A stretch of 64,000 nucleotides of DNA from Lewinella sp. (GTDB lineage: Bacteria; Bacteroidota; Bacteroidia; Chitinophagales; Saprospiraceae): positions 13,717-77,716 of the forward strand of contig NZ_JBOEFX010000031.1 of assembly GCF_050633125.1 (NCBI RefSeq), in the 5' to 3' direction. The notes under the pieces are model-generated. The model had not been told where the DNA came from and ran no database searches. It saw only the letters and a list, made by a program, of their open reading frames with translations. A program made the position numbers and the translations under genes. This document shows positions 37,656 to 47,855 of this stretch, piece after piece (positions within the stretch are counted from its first letter, which is position 1; each line of letters starts with the position of its first letter).

Positions 37656-37706
37656 CTCGATATACCTTATATTAAAGAGCTGTAATTCTGCTCTCCTAAA
37701 AATGTG

Positions 37707-37788
37707 TGCGGGTGGAGGGACTTGAACCCACACGCCGTTAAGCACTAGATCCTAAATCTAGCATGTCTACCAATTTCATCACACCCGC
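37707..37788 (-). tRNA. tRNA-Leu (anticodon TAG), class II with long variable arm
   Basis: The reverse complement is GCGGGTGTGATGAAATTGGTAGACATGCTAGATTTAGGATCTAGTGCTTAACGGCGTGTGGGTTCAAGTCCCTCCACCCGCA. It has a 7-bp acceptor stem, the anticodon arm CTAGA-TTTAGGA-TCTAG, and a T-loop GGTTCAAGTCC. CCA is not encoded. Confidence 0.93.
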
Positions 37789-37950
37789 AATAAATACCTA
37801 GTAAACTGATCTTTTCAGCTTACTGCTTTGTTAAAAAGCGACGCAAAAATAAGGTTTATTTTTTAATAAACTAGTCTAATGATAAAATAATGTAGAAGAA
37901 TTGATAAAAATTTCTTCCTGAGCCGTCAAAAATACGCTATCCTACGAAAT

Positions 37951-38715
37951 TTATATACTCAAACAGGTAGCCTTCCCTTCCTTTAAGCTCTCCAAATTCC
38001 CCACATACACCGCCTTAACCCCCTTGTCTATCGCCGCAAAGGCATTATCCAATTTGGGCAGCATGCCAGAATGTACGACTCCTTCTTTTTTTAACATCCC
38101 GTACTTGGTTGGATCAATGTGCTCAATCACACTTTCATCGTTATCCGCATCCATAAGTACGCCTGGTTTTTCAAAACAATACTGTAATTCGACTTCATAA
38201 TCCGCCGCTAGTGCTACCGCAATGCTGGAGGCGATGGTATCGGCATTGGTATTCAACAATTGGCCTTGCTTATCATGGGTGATGGCACAACATACCGGAA
38301 AAAAACCACCTTCTAGAAGCTTCACAAAGCCTGCTGTATTAATGGCATCAATATCTCCCGCAAAGCCGTAGTCGATATCTTTGACGATGCGCTTGTGTGC
38401 TCGGATGAGGTTGCCATCAGCCCCGCTTACGCCCAGAGCGTTGCAGTTTTTAGTTTGTAGTTGAGCAACCAGTTTTTTATTGATTAAGCCAGCATACACC
38501 ATCGTTACGACCTCCAGGGTCGCGGCATCCGTAAGACGGCGCCCATTTACCATTTTCGCTTCATGTCCCATCTTTTTGAGCAATTCACTGGCTTCTCGGC
38601 CACCTCCATGCACCAAAATAGCAGGGCTTTCAAAACTGGCAAAAAAGGAGAGCGCTTGGTCCAACGCATCAGGGTCGGCCAAAACATTGCCCCCCATTTT
38701 GAGAATACGTAACAT
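37951..38715 (-). CDS. argB: Acetylglutamate kinase
   Basis: AAK-family motifs KMGGNV and LVHGGG. I prefer the ATG at 38715, because the track's start at 38757 would overlap the upstream gene. Confidence 0.9.
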   Translation of the reverse strand: MLRILKMGGNVLADPDALDQALSFFASFESPAILVHGGGREASELLKKMGHEAKMVNGRRLTDAATLEVVTMVYAGLINKKLVAQLQTKNCNALGVSGADGNLIRAHKRIVKDIDYGFAGDIDAINTAGFVKLLEGGFFPVCCAITHDKQGQLLNTNADTIASSIAVALAADYEVELQYCFEKPGVLMDADNDESVIEHIDPTKYGMLKKEGVVHSGMLPKLDNAFAAIDKGVKAVYVGNLESLKEGKATCLSI

Positions 38716-38737
38716 GCTGGTTGCTTTTGCAACAAAG

Positions 38738-39994
38738 TTAATACCGTGCCCCGACAATCTCCAACAGCGTGTGGGATTCTTTGCCTACATAAATCTCCAG
38801 TTCTTTATTCAAAAGTCCGGTGGAGTAATACTTGGCCGGAGCGGTTAGTTTTTTGATGCCGTAGCGATTCGATTGCAAAATAAGGTAGGCCGTGCCAAAT
38901 TCTTCTGCCATATCACGAATTCTAACCTTGATGCTTATCTTTTTACGGTTTGTGATATCTCTGCCAATTTTCATGTAACTAGGCAGAAAAACCGCCGCAG
39001 AAATGACACCATAAAACGTCAAACAAATCAAGAATACGATACCTAGAGAAGCCGTCCCTCCCGTGAAGATGGCCGCAATGATGAAACCAAAAAGGAAGAA
39101 TCCAGCCACCATAAATAATTGCTTGACGATACTTTGGCGGGCATCATGAAGTGTAAAAATATCCTTTGAACTCATTTCCACAGGAGTGGAATCCGTTTGT
39201 TTGGTATTGGCGGAGGTGTTTTCTCTTGCCCCCTTACCTGTGGCAGTATGGGTTGTTGACTGATAAGCTGTCCTTGGTTCTTGCCTTGGGGTTTCCGTAA
39301 CTGGAGTAGCAAAATTAGCTTGCGCGGAAGCCGTGGCGCCCTGATTACTAGCTGTGGTGGTAGCACGTTCAAACTGTTTGCCTTTTTCCAGATAGGCCGC
39401 TACTTCCGCAAACAAGGCCTCGTTTGTGGGTGTAACCGCAATCGTTTTTTGGTAATACGCTAAAGTATAGAGAAGTGGATAATTTTCTTTATTCACATTA
39501 CGGCTCCTGATATCAGCCTCCCAGTCCAGCTTGGCAAATTTACCAAAGTAAACTTTCAACAGCTCGTTAAAAAGTGACTTCTGAACATGGTTTGGTAGAT
39601 ACTCCGGTGACATATTGTATAAAAATGCCTTTCCGAAAATCTTACGTTGAACTTCCTCCTCCTCATTCACGGAGGAATGCGCCACCCAGGAATAGATACA
39701 AAAACCGACCAGTCCCAAACATAACAACATGAGAACTGACTTCATCATCACATTTGACCCTCGCATACTAGAGGAAAGCATGAGCCCCCCAAACCCGAGC
39801 AGCCCAAAGTGGATTTTTGCGTAAGCATGTAAAACATCTATACCTCTAAGCGGAATATCTATACCCAGGTTATCACTGATTTTGTAGATACAGCCTGTAG
39901 GAAACAAAGGTAGGCCCAAAATAAAAAAGCGGGTTCTGAGGCTCTGCCCATCGTAACTATTTCTGCCAGGCATATTGATTACTCCAATTCTCAT
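38738..39994 (-). CDS. Hypothetical membrane protein (~4 TM, low-complexity Thr/Ala/Gln linker)
   Basis: Long ORF with hydrophobic segments at aa ~55-110 and ~290-340. I recognised no motif. An alternative start is at 39973. Confidence 0.5.
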   Translation of the reverse strand: MRIGVINMPGRNSYDGQSLRTRFFILGLPLFPTGCIYKISDNLGIDIPLRGIDVLHAYAKIHFGLLGFGGLMLSSSMRGSNVMMKSVLMLLCLGLVGFCIYSWVAHSSVNEEEEVQRKIFGKAFLYNMSPEYLPNHVQKSLFNELLKVYFGKFAKLDWEADIRSRNVNKENYPLLYTLAYYQKTIAVTPTNEALFAEVAAYLEKGKQFERATTTASNQGATASAQANFATPVTETPRQEPRTAYQSTTHTATGKGARENTSANTKQTDSTPVEMSSKDIFTLHDARQSIVKQLFMVAGFFLFGFIIAAIFTGGTASLGIVFLICLTFYGVISAAVFLPSYMKIGRDITNRKKISIKVRIRDMAEEFGTAYLILQSNRYGIKKLTAPAKYYSTGLLNKELEIYVGKESHTLLEIVGARY

Positions 39995-40070
39995 ATTCTA
40001 AGTCTTTTGTTACGACTCTATTGTATAGAAATTTAAAAGGTAACCAAATGCCTCCCTAATAAACTACACC

Positions 40071-40448
40071 TCATTTCCTCCGATAAGCGTACCGCTCTAA
40101 TCCATAGCCTGTCCACCCTCCAAGGGTATAACTTACGATATCACTCCATAAAAAGCCATACCCCAAAATCAATCCGCCTAGTCTATAGTTTCTAATATTA
40201 TTAATCCAATCTGCCTGATACAACTGAAAAAATTCAATGAGGTAGCAAATAATGATACTAATCACCGCTACTTTAAAGGTCTCCGTTCGGGGCAAACAGC
40301 ATCCTACCCCTAAAAAGACCATCAAGGCATACAAGTAATCCCCCAGGTAAGGATAGATCAAACGGGGAACTACACTCGTCCGAGACAACAAGCCCAGCGC
40401 AATAGTAGCCACAATTAATACCAGGTATAGTTTTCTACTTCTTTTCAT
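40071..40448 (-). CDS. Small 4-TM membrane protein, DUF2809-like
   Basis: LGLLSR...GDYLYALMVF...LGYGFLWSDIVSYTLG resembles the DUF2809 pattern. This rests on my recollection of the family only. Confidence 0.5.
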   Translation of the reverse strand: MKRSRKLYLVLIVATIALGLLSRTSVVPRLIYPYLGDYLYALMVFLGVGCCLPRTETFKVAVISIIICYLIEFFQLYQADWINNIRNYRLGGLILGYGFLWSDIVSYTLGGWTGYGLERYAYRRK

Positions 40449-40473
40449 TGCGCAACTTGATCAAGTTCCTGCC

Positions 40474-41112
40474 TTAGCTAATGTGCTTATGTGAGCCGTC
40501 ACAGGTTGGCATTTTCTTCGACAATCCACAAACACAATCATGAAACCCTTTGCCGTCGAGGATTCTTTGGGCATACTTTTCAATCCTTGCTTCTTTGGTT
40601 TTAGATTGCTTGGGTGCAGAAAAATAGAGCAAGTATCCTTTTTGCCGTCCTGGTGTCAAAGCCTCGAAAGCAGTTTTCAAGGCTGAATTTTTATCAAAGC
40701 TATTTTGTAATTCCTCCGGAACAGCAAAGGCATCAACGGGCTTATACGCCACTTTCAAACCAGCTTCTTCTACCTCAGCCGCTTCATAGATGTAAGCTTT
40801 CAAAACGGGCTCCAGCTCCACTATTTCACGAACACTGGTGAACCGAACTACGCGTGCCGACTGCGTATTCTCTCCCGGCTTGGCCAAAATATTATTGGGA
40901 TCTTTTAACAAGGCTCCTTTAAAAAAGCTAAGGTTACAACAGTCTTTTAAAGCACCTATAATAACAATATTACTTTCTTGAAACGTGTAACAGGGCCCCC
41001 TCCATTTCCACTCTTCCTGCAATTGACAATCAAGGATAATTCTTCTCAGCTCTTCCATTTCTGGCCGCCACTTTTTGGCTTTACCCAAGAAATCATCAAC
41101 CTTTGAATTCAT
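40474..41112 (-). CDS. DUF1801/YdeI-like protein with a C-terminal CDGSH iron-sulfur motif
   Basis: The N-terminal part resembles YdhG/YdeI (FLGKAKKWRPEMEELRRIIL; PGRQKGYLLYFSAPKQSKTKEARIEK). The C-terminal CVCGLSKKMPTCDGSH matches C-X-C-X2-(S/T)-X3-P-X-C-D-G-(S/A/T)-H exactly. Confidence 0.7.
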   Translation of the reverse strand: MNSKVDDFLGKAKKWRPEMEELRRIILDCQLQEEWKWRGPCYTFQESNIVIIGALKDCCNLSFFKGALLKDPNNILAKPGENTQSARVVRFTSVREIVELEPVLKAYIYEAAEVEEAGLKVAYKPVDAFAVPEELQNSFDKNSALKTAFEALTPGRQKGYLLYFSAPKQSKTKEARIEKYAQRILDGKGFHDCVCGLSKKMPTCDGSHKHIS

Positions 41113-41153
41113 CTTTTATTCTTTTAGTAATACAAAATATAAGAACTTCAACC

Positions 41154-42107
41154 TCAATCCACTCTTCCCAACAACCGCTGCAACACCGCCTGCGCTGCAT
41201 AAAGTCGATTACCCGCCTGCGGCAATACCAATGATTGCGAGCTATCCAATACGGCGTCACTCACCACTACATTCCTTCTCACTGGTAGGCAGTGCATAAA
41301 ATAGCCATTATCCGTCATATCCATTTTCTCCTTCGTAACCTGCCAGTTTTCTGCTACAGGCTGTGGTTTTCCGTAAGGGCTTAGTGGTGACCAGTTTTTG
41401 GCGTAAACAAAGTCGGCACCGGCAAATGCTTCTTTTTGATTATAAACTACTGGCGTATCCTTAACGAATGCCGGATCAAGTTCATACCCCTTTGGGTGTG
41501 TTAGCACCAAGTCGACAGGGGCAGCTTGCATCCATTCCAAGAAAGAATTACTCACTGCTTGGGGCAACGCGCGCGGGTGAGGTGCCCAGGTCAGCACTAC
41601 TTTTGGACGAATACGCTTTTTGTACTCCTCGATGGTTACCCAGTCAGCCAGGCTTTGCAGTGGGTGCCGAATAGCGGACTCAAGGCTCACAACAGGAACC
41701 GAAGCATACTTGATAAAAGCATTCATCACTTCGTCTGCATAATCTTTGTCTTTATCCTCCAAGCCAGGGAAAGAGCGAACCGCCAGGATATCAGCATATT
41801 GGCTCATCACCCCGGCAGCTTCACGAATGTGTTCGGCTGTACCTCCATTCATCACCGTTCCGTCGGCAAATTCCAGCTTCCAACCGTCTGCTACATTGAG
41901 GGTCATCACATTACAGCCCAGGTTTTTGGCCGCCAATTCAGTACTCAGACGAGTACGTAGACTAGGGTTAAAAAAAACCAAAATGACAGTCTTGTTTTGC
42001 CCCAGTGCTTTATTGGTGTAGGGCGTCTTTTTCAAAGCCAGCGCTTCAGCTACCAAACTAGCTGGATCATCAATATCGTAGACGGAAGTAAATTTCTTCA
42101 TTGCCAA
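41154..42107 (-). CDS. argF': N-acetyl/N-succinyl-ornithine carbamoyltransferase (ArgF' type)
   Basis: FFNPSLRTRLS carbamoyl-phosphate motif, HPLQSLAD and HCLPVRRN. The overall pattern matches the acyl-ornithine transcarbamylases, not classical OTC. Confidence 0.88.
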   Translation of the reverse strand: MAMKKFTSVYDIDDPASLVAEALALKKTPYTNKALGQNKTVILVFFNPSLRTRLSTELAAKNLGCNVMTLNVADGWKLEFADGTVMNGGTAEHIREAAGVMSQYADILAVRSFPGLEDKDKDYADEVMNAFIKYASVPVVSLESAIRHPLQSLADWVTIEEYKKRIRPKVVLTWAPHPRALPQAVSNSFLEWMQAAPVDLVLTHPKGYELDPAFVKDTPVVYNQKEAFAGADFVYAKNWSPLSPYGKPQPVAENWQVTKEKMDMTDNGYFMHCLPVRRNVVVSDAVLDSSQSLVLPQAGNRLYAAQAVLQRLLGRVD

Positions 42108-42382
42108 TTACTTTTCGGAGTGAGTTCCAAAAATGCAGCTTTTGCACGAAAAAACCAGAAGACGAGAGAGAGGTTTTTTGTGGGGAGTTCCACTCGCTAA
42201 GGAACAGCACGAAAATAAAAACCGATTTTGTTTTCTACGCAATGATAAGGCTCGTGGGATACTCGTTTCACTCGCAGTAGTGTTTGCTGGGATGGGGCAT
42301 CTTTTAGGAGAAAGAAAAGCCCACTTTAGTTAGACACCGTTGAATGTACACTCGCAAAACCGTGAGCACCAGCTCGAACACT

Positions 42383-42416
42383 AAAAAAGGCCATCCCACC
42401 GAAGCAGAATGACCTT
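42383..42416 (-). terminator. atp operon terminator
   Basis: An AAGGCCATCC..GAATGACCTT stem (with G-U pairs on the minus-strand RNA) followed by T6 on the minus strand. Confidence 0.6.
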
Positions 42417-42440
42417 TTCCCTTTCTTTAAACATATAACA

Positions 42441-43340
42441 CTAAGCGCTTTCCAGGGCCGCAGCACCACCAACAATCTCGAGGATTTCGTTGGTGATCGA
42501 CTCTTGACGTGCTTTATTGTAAGATATTTTCAGATCACGCAGTAAGTCATTAGCGTTTTCTGTAGCAGCATCCATGGCCGTCATCCGGGCACCATGCTCA
42601 GAAGCTTGGGTATCCAGGTTAAACTTATGGAACTGCGTTTGTAGAATACTTGGCACCAAATGGCTCAACAAACCTTCTTTGCTAGGCTCGAAGATGTAAT
42701 CAGCGCGGTGGTTATTAGTAGCACCTTCCTCTGCTTCTACCTTCGGTACTGGTAGAAAAGGAACATGAACGGTATTTTGAACCGCTGCATTACGGAATTC
42801 CCCGTAAGCAACTTCCACCGCATCAAAGCGACCATTTTTAAAATTGTCCATCAGGTAACTAGCGACCTTTTTGGTATTTTCAAAACTCAGATCATCAAAC
42901 AGGTTGACGTAATCGGAAATGATGTTGACTGAGTCAGCGTAACGCTTCTTGAAATACTCGTTGCCTTTCTTACCAACAAACAGCATCGTGAGGTTGCCAC
43001 GTGCGTGAACATCAGCAAACTTACCCTCCATAGCGGCGAGTGCTGCTTTGATCACATTCGTGTTAAACGCTCCACAAAGACCACGGTTAGAAGTAACCAC
43101 GACAATACAGGCACGTTCGACTGGACGCTCCTGGCCAAAAACAGTACCGGCATCTCCTTCCAAGTTAGAAAGGATATTGCGCAACATACTGTCCAGCTTG
43201 TTGGCATAAGGACGCATCTGAGTGATCGCATCCTGTGCACGCCGCAGCTTGGCTGCCGAAACCATTTTCATGGCTTTGGTGATCTGCTGAGTATTTTTGA
43301 CCGAAACAATCCGGTCACGGACTTCTTTTAAATTAGCCAT
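42441..43340 (-). CDS. atpG: F0F1 ATP synthase subunit gamma
   Basis: MANLKEVRDRIVSVKNTQQITKAMKMVSAAKLRRAQ is a canonical N-terminus. ATG at 43340. Confidence 0.95.
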   Translation of the reverse strand: MANLKEVRDRIVSVKNTQQITKAMKMVSAAKLRRAQDAITQMRPYANKLDSMLRNILSNLEGDAGTVFGQERPVERACIVVVTSNRGLCGAFNTNVIKAALAAMEGKFADVHARGNLTMLFVGKKGNEYFKKRYADSVNIISDYVNLFDDLSFENTKKVASYLMDNFKNGRFDAVEVAYGEFRNAAVQNTVHVPFLPVPKVEAEEGATNNHRADYIFEPSKEGLLSHLVPSILQTQFHKFNLDTQASEHGARMTAMDAATENANDLLRDLKISYNKARQESITNEILEIVGGAAALESA

Positions 43341-43399
43341 CGGGGGCAAACTTTATTATAAAGTATTCACAATTTGAAACAGGGCTTTTACCGCGCTGT

Positions 43400-44986
43400 T
43401 TACTTCTTGTACTGAGCGGTCAACTCCTTCGCCAAAGCTTCTACTTTAGCAAGATCGTCCTTCTCGTACTTACCAGCACGGAAGTTGTCCAGTACACCTT
43501 GCTCACGGCGTTCCATCTCAGCGAGGAAGAATTCTTCGAATTCTTTCACTTTCTCAACAGGAACATCACGCAACAAGCCTTTGGTACCTAGGTAAATGAT
43601 AGCGACCTGCTTTTCTACCGTTTCCGGAGAATACTGAGGCTGCTTCAGGATTTCCACGTTACGCTTACCTTTTTCGATTACCGAAAGGGTAGCCGCATCG
43701 AGGTCAGAACCGAACTTGGCAAATGCTTCCAATTCGCGGTACTGTGCCTGATCCAGTTTCAAGGTACCAGATACTTTTTTCATTGACTTTACCTGTGCAG
43801 AACCACCTACCCGGCTTACCGAGATACCTACGTTGATCGCCGGACGAATACCTGCGTTGAACAGGTTAGACTCGAGGAAGATCTGACCGTCGGTAATCGA
43901 AATTACGTTGGTAGGAATATAAGCAGAAACGTCACCAGCCTGTGTTTCAATGATCGGCAAAGCCGTCAAAGAACCACCACCTTTAACGATACCTGCGTCT
44001 TTCAAGCTGTCAGGAAGGTCATTCATATTCTGTGCCAAGCCATCATCAGCGATTACCTTTGCGGCACGCTCCAACAGACGACTGTGCAGGTAGAATACAT
44101 CACCAGGATATGCCTCGCGACCCGGAGGACGACGAAGTAGCAGCGATACCTCACGGTAAGCTACAGCCTGCTTAGACAAATCATCATAAATAATCAGTGC
44201 AGGACGACCGGTATCCCGGAAGAACTCACCGATAGACGCACCCGCAAATGGTGCGTAAAACTGCAATGGAGCAGGATCAGCAGCAGAAGAAGATACGATT
44301 ACAGAGTAAGGCATTGCACCATTCTCTTCCAATACGCGAGCTACCTGTGCTACCGTTGAAGACTTCTGTCCACAAGCTACGTAGATACAGTAAACAGGCT
44401 CACCACGATCGTAGAATTCCTTCTGGTTCAGGATAGTATCAATAGCAATCGCCGTCTTACCAGTCTGGCGGTCACCAATGATCAATTCCCGCTGGCCACG
44501 ACCGATAGGAATCATCGCATCGATGGCTTTGATACCTGTCTGTAGAGGTTCGTTTACCGGCTGACGGTAAATAACACCAGGAGCTTTACGCTCCAAAGGC
44601 ATCTCATAAGTAGTGCCCGTGATTTCTCCTTTACCGTCGATAGGCTCACCCAATGGGTTCACTACGCGGCCAAGGTATCCTTCTCCTACGTTAATAGATG
44701 CAATACGGCCAGTACGATGAACACGTGAACCTTCACGAAGGCCATCACTAGGTCCCATCAATACTACACCAACATTGTCTTCTTCCAGGTTCAGTACGAT
44801 GGCCTGAACGCCGGTTTCAAATTCAACGAGCTCACCCGCACGGGCATTCAACAAACCGTAAACGCGAGCGATACCGTCACCCACCTCTAATACGGTGCCG
44901 TATTCCTCCAGCTGAGTAGCACTGTCAAAGCCTGACAGTTGCTGCTTAAGGATTGCGGAGATTTCATCAGGTTTTACGTCAACCAT
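43400..44986 (-). CDS. atpA: F0F1 ATP synthase subunit alpha
   Basis: Walker A GDRQTGKT; 528 aa. Confidence 0.97.
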   Translation of the reverse strand: MVDVKPDEISAILKQQLSGFDSATQLEEYGTVLEVGDGIARVYGLLNARAGELVEFETGVQAIVLNLEEDNVGVVLMGPSDGLREGSRVHRTGRIASINVGEGYLGRVVNPLGEPIDGKGEITGTTYEMPLERKAPGVIYRQPVNEPLQTGIKAIDAMIPIGRGQRELIIGDRQTGKTAIAIDTILNQKEFYDRGEPVYCIYVACGQKSSTVAQVARVLEENGAMPYSVIVSSSAADPAPLQFYAPFAGASIGEFFRDTGRPALIIYDDLSKQAVAYREVSLLLRRPPGREAYPGDVFYLHSRLLERAAKVIADDGLAQNMNDLPDSLKDAGIVKGGGSLTALPIIETQAGDVSAYIPTNVISITDGQIFLESNLFNAGIRPAINVGISVSRVGGSAQVKSMKKVSGTLKLDQAQYRELEAFAKFGSDLDAATLSVIEKGKRNVEILKQPQYSPETVEKQVAIIYLGTKGLLRDVPVEKVKEFEEFFLAEMERREQGVLDNFRAGKYEKDDLAKVEALAKELTAQYKK

Positions 44987-45021
44987 GATTTATAATTATT
45001 TTAAGAATAATAATTTACTAA

Positions 45022-45561
45022 TTAAGCAAGTAAGCTGCGCTTCACTTCTTCCAGCTTCTGCGCGACACTGGCATCGTAGATTTTGTCATCTAATTCGAGG
45101 ACAAGTCCACCGATCAATTCAGGGTTTACAGCCGTTTCAATTTCTACAGACTTGGCGGTTGCATCACTTGCAGTGAGCTTAGCTTTTAGTGCCTCTAAAG
45201 CGGCAGCACTCATTGGCTGAGCAGTGGTCACCTTTACGGTAGAAATATGCTTGATCTTCTTGTACTGAGCGATAAACTCTTCGGCAACTTCTGGTAAGTA
45301 AGGTTCGCGACCTTTATTTACCAGGATGCGCAGAAAAGCCATGGTCGTTTCATCGTACTTATCGAGAAACAAGGCATCGAGGATCGAAAGCTTCTTGCGA
45401 GCATTGACGATAGGGCTCTTCAACAGCAGGTAAAAGTCCCGGTTCTTGCTCGCGGTCTGAAAAGACTTCACGTCCTCCAGTACCCGGTCGAGCTTGTTTT
45501 GCTCCCGAGCCAAGTCCAACAAGGATTTAGCGTAGCGTCCTGCGATTCTTTGTACTGACAT
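45022..45561 (-). CDS. atpH: F0F1 ATP synthase subunit delta
   Basis: OSCP-like, 179 aa, positioned between atpF and atpA. Confidence 0.9.
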   Translation of the reverse strand: MSVQRIAGRYAKSLLDLAREQNKLDRVLEDVKSFQTASKNRDFYLLLKSPIVNARKKLSILDALFLDKYDETTMAFLRILVNKGREPYLPEVAEEFIAQYKKIKHISTVKVTTAQPMSAAALEALKAKLTASDATAKSVEIETAVNPELIGGLVLELDDKIYDASVAQKLEEVKRSLLA

Positions 45562-45627
45562 GCGCCTGTTGTTATTATATTACACGCCGTGTGGCGTCTA
45601 AATCTTATACGCCATTAAGGCGTATGA

Positions 45628-46146
45628 TCAATTAAGCTTGATATCGTCTACCAAAGTATTGACGAACTGCTCCTGCTCTTTATCGCCGGCCAGTTGCTTG
45701 CGCAATACTTTTTCTGCAATATCAATCGCCATAGCACCTACTTCTTTCTTAAGTTCGGCCATAGCAACCTTACGCTGGTTCTCGATTTCCTGCTGGGCGT
45801 TGGTAACGATCTTCTTCGCTTCTTCGCGCGCCTGATCCTTCGCCTCTTTTACGATCTGATCCTTCGTTTCTTTGGCTTCTTTCAGCATCCGGGCACGCTC
45901 TTCACGAGCTTCTGCCAGGAGCTTTTGGTTTTCGGCCTGAACGTTAGACATTTCTTCACGAGCATTCTTGGCTTCGTCCAATGCTTCCTGAATGTCGTTG
46001 TCACGCTTTTTCAAAGCGTTCTGGATAGGCTTGAATGCCATCCGTCCTAGTACCGTCCACAGTACAATAAAGATGATAGACGTCCAGAAGATCAAACCTG
46101 GATCTGGCTTGATAACAGAAAAATCAGCTAACAGAAAAATATTCAT
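45628..46146 (-). CDS. atpF: F0F1 ATP synthase subunit b
   Basis: A single N-terminal TM followed by a long charged helix. Confidence 0.9.
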   Translation of the reverse strand: MNIFLLADFSVIKPDPGLIFWTSIIFIVLWTVLGRMAFKPIQNALKKRDNDIQEALDEAKNAREEMSNVQAENQKLLAEAREERARMLKEAKETKDQIVKEAKDQAREEAKKIVTNAQQEIENQRKVAMAELKKEVGAMAIDIAEKVLRKQLAGDKEQEQFVNTLVDDIKLN

Positions 46147-46265
46147 TGTCTATATATTTTGCTTTTGCTTTACGCAAAAAGAAAATGGCAATTCTTTTTA
46201 AAGATCAACCGTGGCCGCAGCCAACCGCTACGGCCACTGGTTGGTTCTTTGATCGTTCGCTAAAA

Positions 46266-46514
<249 letters not shown>

Positions 46515-46540
46515 TTATGACTTCACAAACTAAAATCTAA

Positions 46541-47854
46541 TTAATGTGCGTGTTCGTGGTCGTGGTGTTCGTGCTCTTCTACTGCAGCTCCGATGTAAGA
46601 GGCCGTCAGAATAGCGAAGATAAACGCCTGCAAGAACGCTACCAACAACTCGATCAAGTTCATAAAGGCAGTAAACAAGCCACCGATGAACGCGCCTGTT
46701 GCTGCACCACCTACACTGTTTCCATTATCACCAAACAAGAAAATCAATCCGATCAAACTCAGGATGATAATGTGACCTGCTGAGATGTTAGCAAACAAAC
46801 GAATCATCAACGAAAACGGCTTGATGAAAAGGCCTAAAACCTCTACGATGGTCAAAATTGGCTTTACGAAAGTCGGTACACCCGGCATCCATACCACGTG
46901 TTCCCAGTAATGTCCGTTACCATGAATGTTGGTAATAATAAAGGCCAATACCGCCAATACCAGTGTTACAGCCAAATTACCTGTTACGTTGGCACCACCG
47001 GGAAAGAAAGGAACTAGCCCTAGGAGGTTACAAAACAGGATAAAGAAGAACAAGGTCATGATGAATGGCTGAAAGCGCTCGTACTTGTTTTCTCCAATCA
47101 TTGGCTTCGTCACCTCATCACGAATAAAGGTGAAGAACGGCTCGAAGAACGACTGGATACCAGAAGGTGCTTTACCTTCATTTTTCTTGTAACCTTTGGC
47201 TACTGCTCCCCAAATGAAGATCAATAACAAAGAAGCCAAGATCATGGTAAACACATTCTTGGTGATTGAAAAATCGTAGAAAGAAGTAATACCTCCGCCC
47301 AAGATGCCACCATCTAAGGTAGAAGGCTTATCCAATTTCCAAAGCTCACCTTTAGCACATGCGTAATAAACGTCCTTTTCTTTGGTCTTTCCTTTTGCGT
47401 CGGTAGAGGTTTCTACTTTATGTAGAATACCGTCGAGGTGTACTTCGCCCATAGGAAAGTTGTCGTCAGCAATACGATTTGCGCGACCATGGTTCAAAAC
47501 ATAACGATCAACAGCTGATTCCCCATGATGGAACATGCTACTTGTACCAGTTGTCCAGCCATGCTCAGGCGCGTACAAGAATACAGGAAGTGGAATGTGG
47601 ATACCTTTCCAGATATGGAACTCATTGGCATCAGCAATGTGATTCATTACAGTAGATACCGGATCGTACTCGCCATCCTCGGCATGATCGCCACAACCGC
47701 CGTGCTCACCCTCGGAGGCATGGGACTGCTCATGGCTATCGTGGTCGTGATCGTGGTCATGACCATGATCATCGTGCTGAGCAAAAACGGGTCCGGACAA
47801 CAGTGCCAGAACCACTACGAAAAGATAAGATGAGAAACGGGAAGATACTTTCAC
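46541..47854 (-). CDS. atpB: F0F1 ATP synthase subunit a, with His/Asp-rich N- and C-terminal tracts
   Basis: Conserved Arg helix LMIRLFANISAGH. GTG start with a signal-like N-terminus. The N-terminal tract is HDDHGHDHDHDHDSHEQSH and the C-terminal tract is EEHEHHDHEHAH. Confidence 0.9.
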   Translation of the reverse strand: MKVSSRFSSYLFVVVLALLSGPVFAQHDDHGHDHDHDHDSHEQSHASEGEHGGCGDHAEDGEYDPVSTVMNHIADANEFHIWKGIHIPLPVFLYAPEHGWTTGTSSMFHHGESAVDRYVLNHGRANRIADDNFPMGEVHLDGILHKVETSTDAKGKTKEKDVYYACAKGELWKLDKPSTLDGGILGGGITSFYDFSITKNVFTMILASLLLIFIWGAVAKGYKKNEGKAPSGIQSFFEPFFTFIRDEVTKPMIGENKYERFQPFIMTLFFFILFCNLLGLVPFFPGGANVTGNLAVTLVLAVLAFIITNIHGNGHYWEHVVWMPGVPTFVKPILTIVEVLGLFIKPFSLMIRLFANISAGHIIILSLIGLIFLFGDNGNSVGGAATGAFIGGLFTAFMNLIELLVAFLQAFIFAILTASYIGAAVEEHEHHDHEHAH

Positions 47855-47855
47855 G

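Noticed and set aside
42108-42440. A possible ARG box or ArgR operator upstream of argF' (TGAATGTACACTCG near 42341).
   Set aside because: Only one half-site resembles TGAAT, and there is no convincing dyad or tandem boxes.
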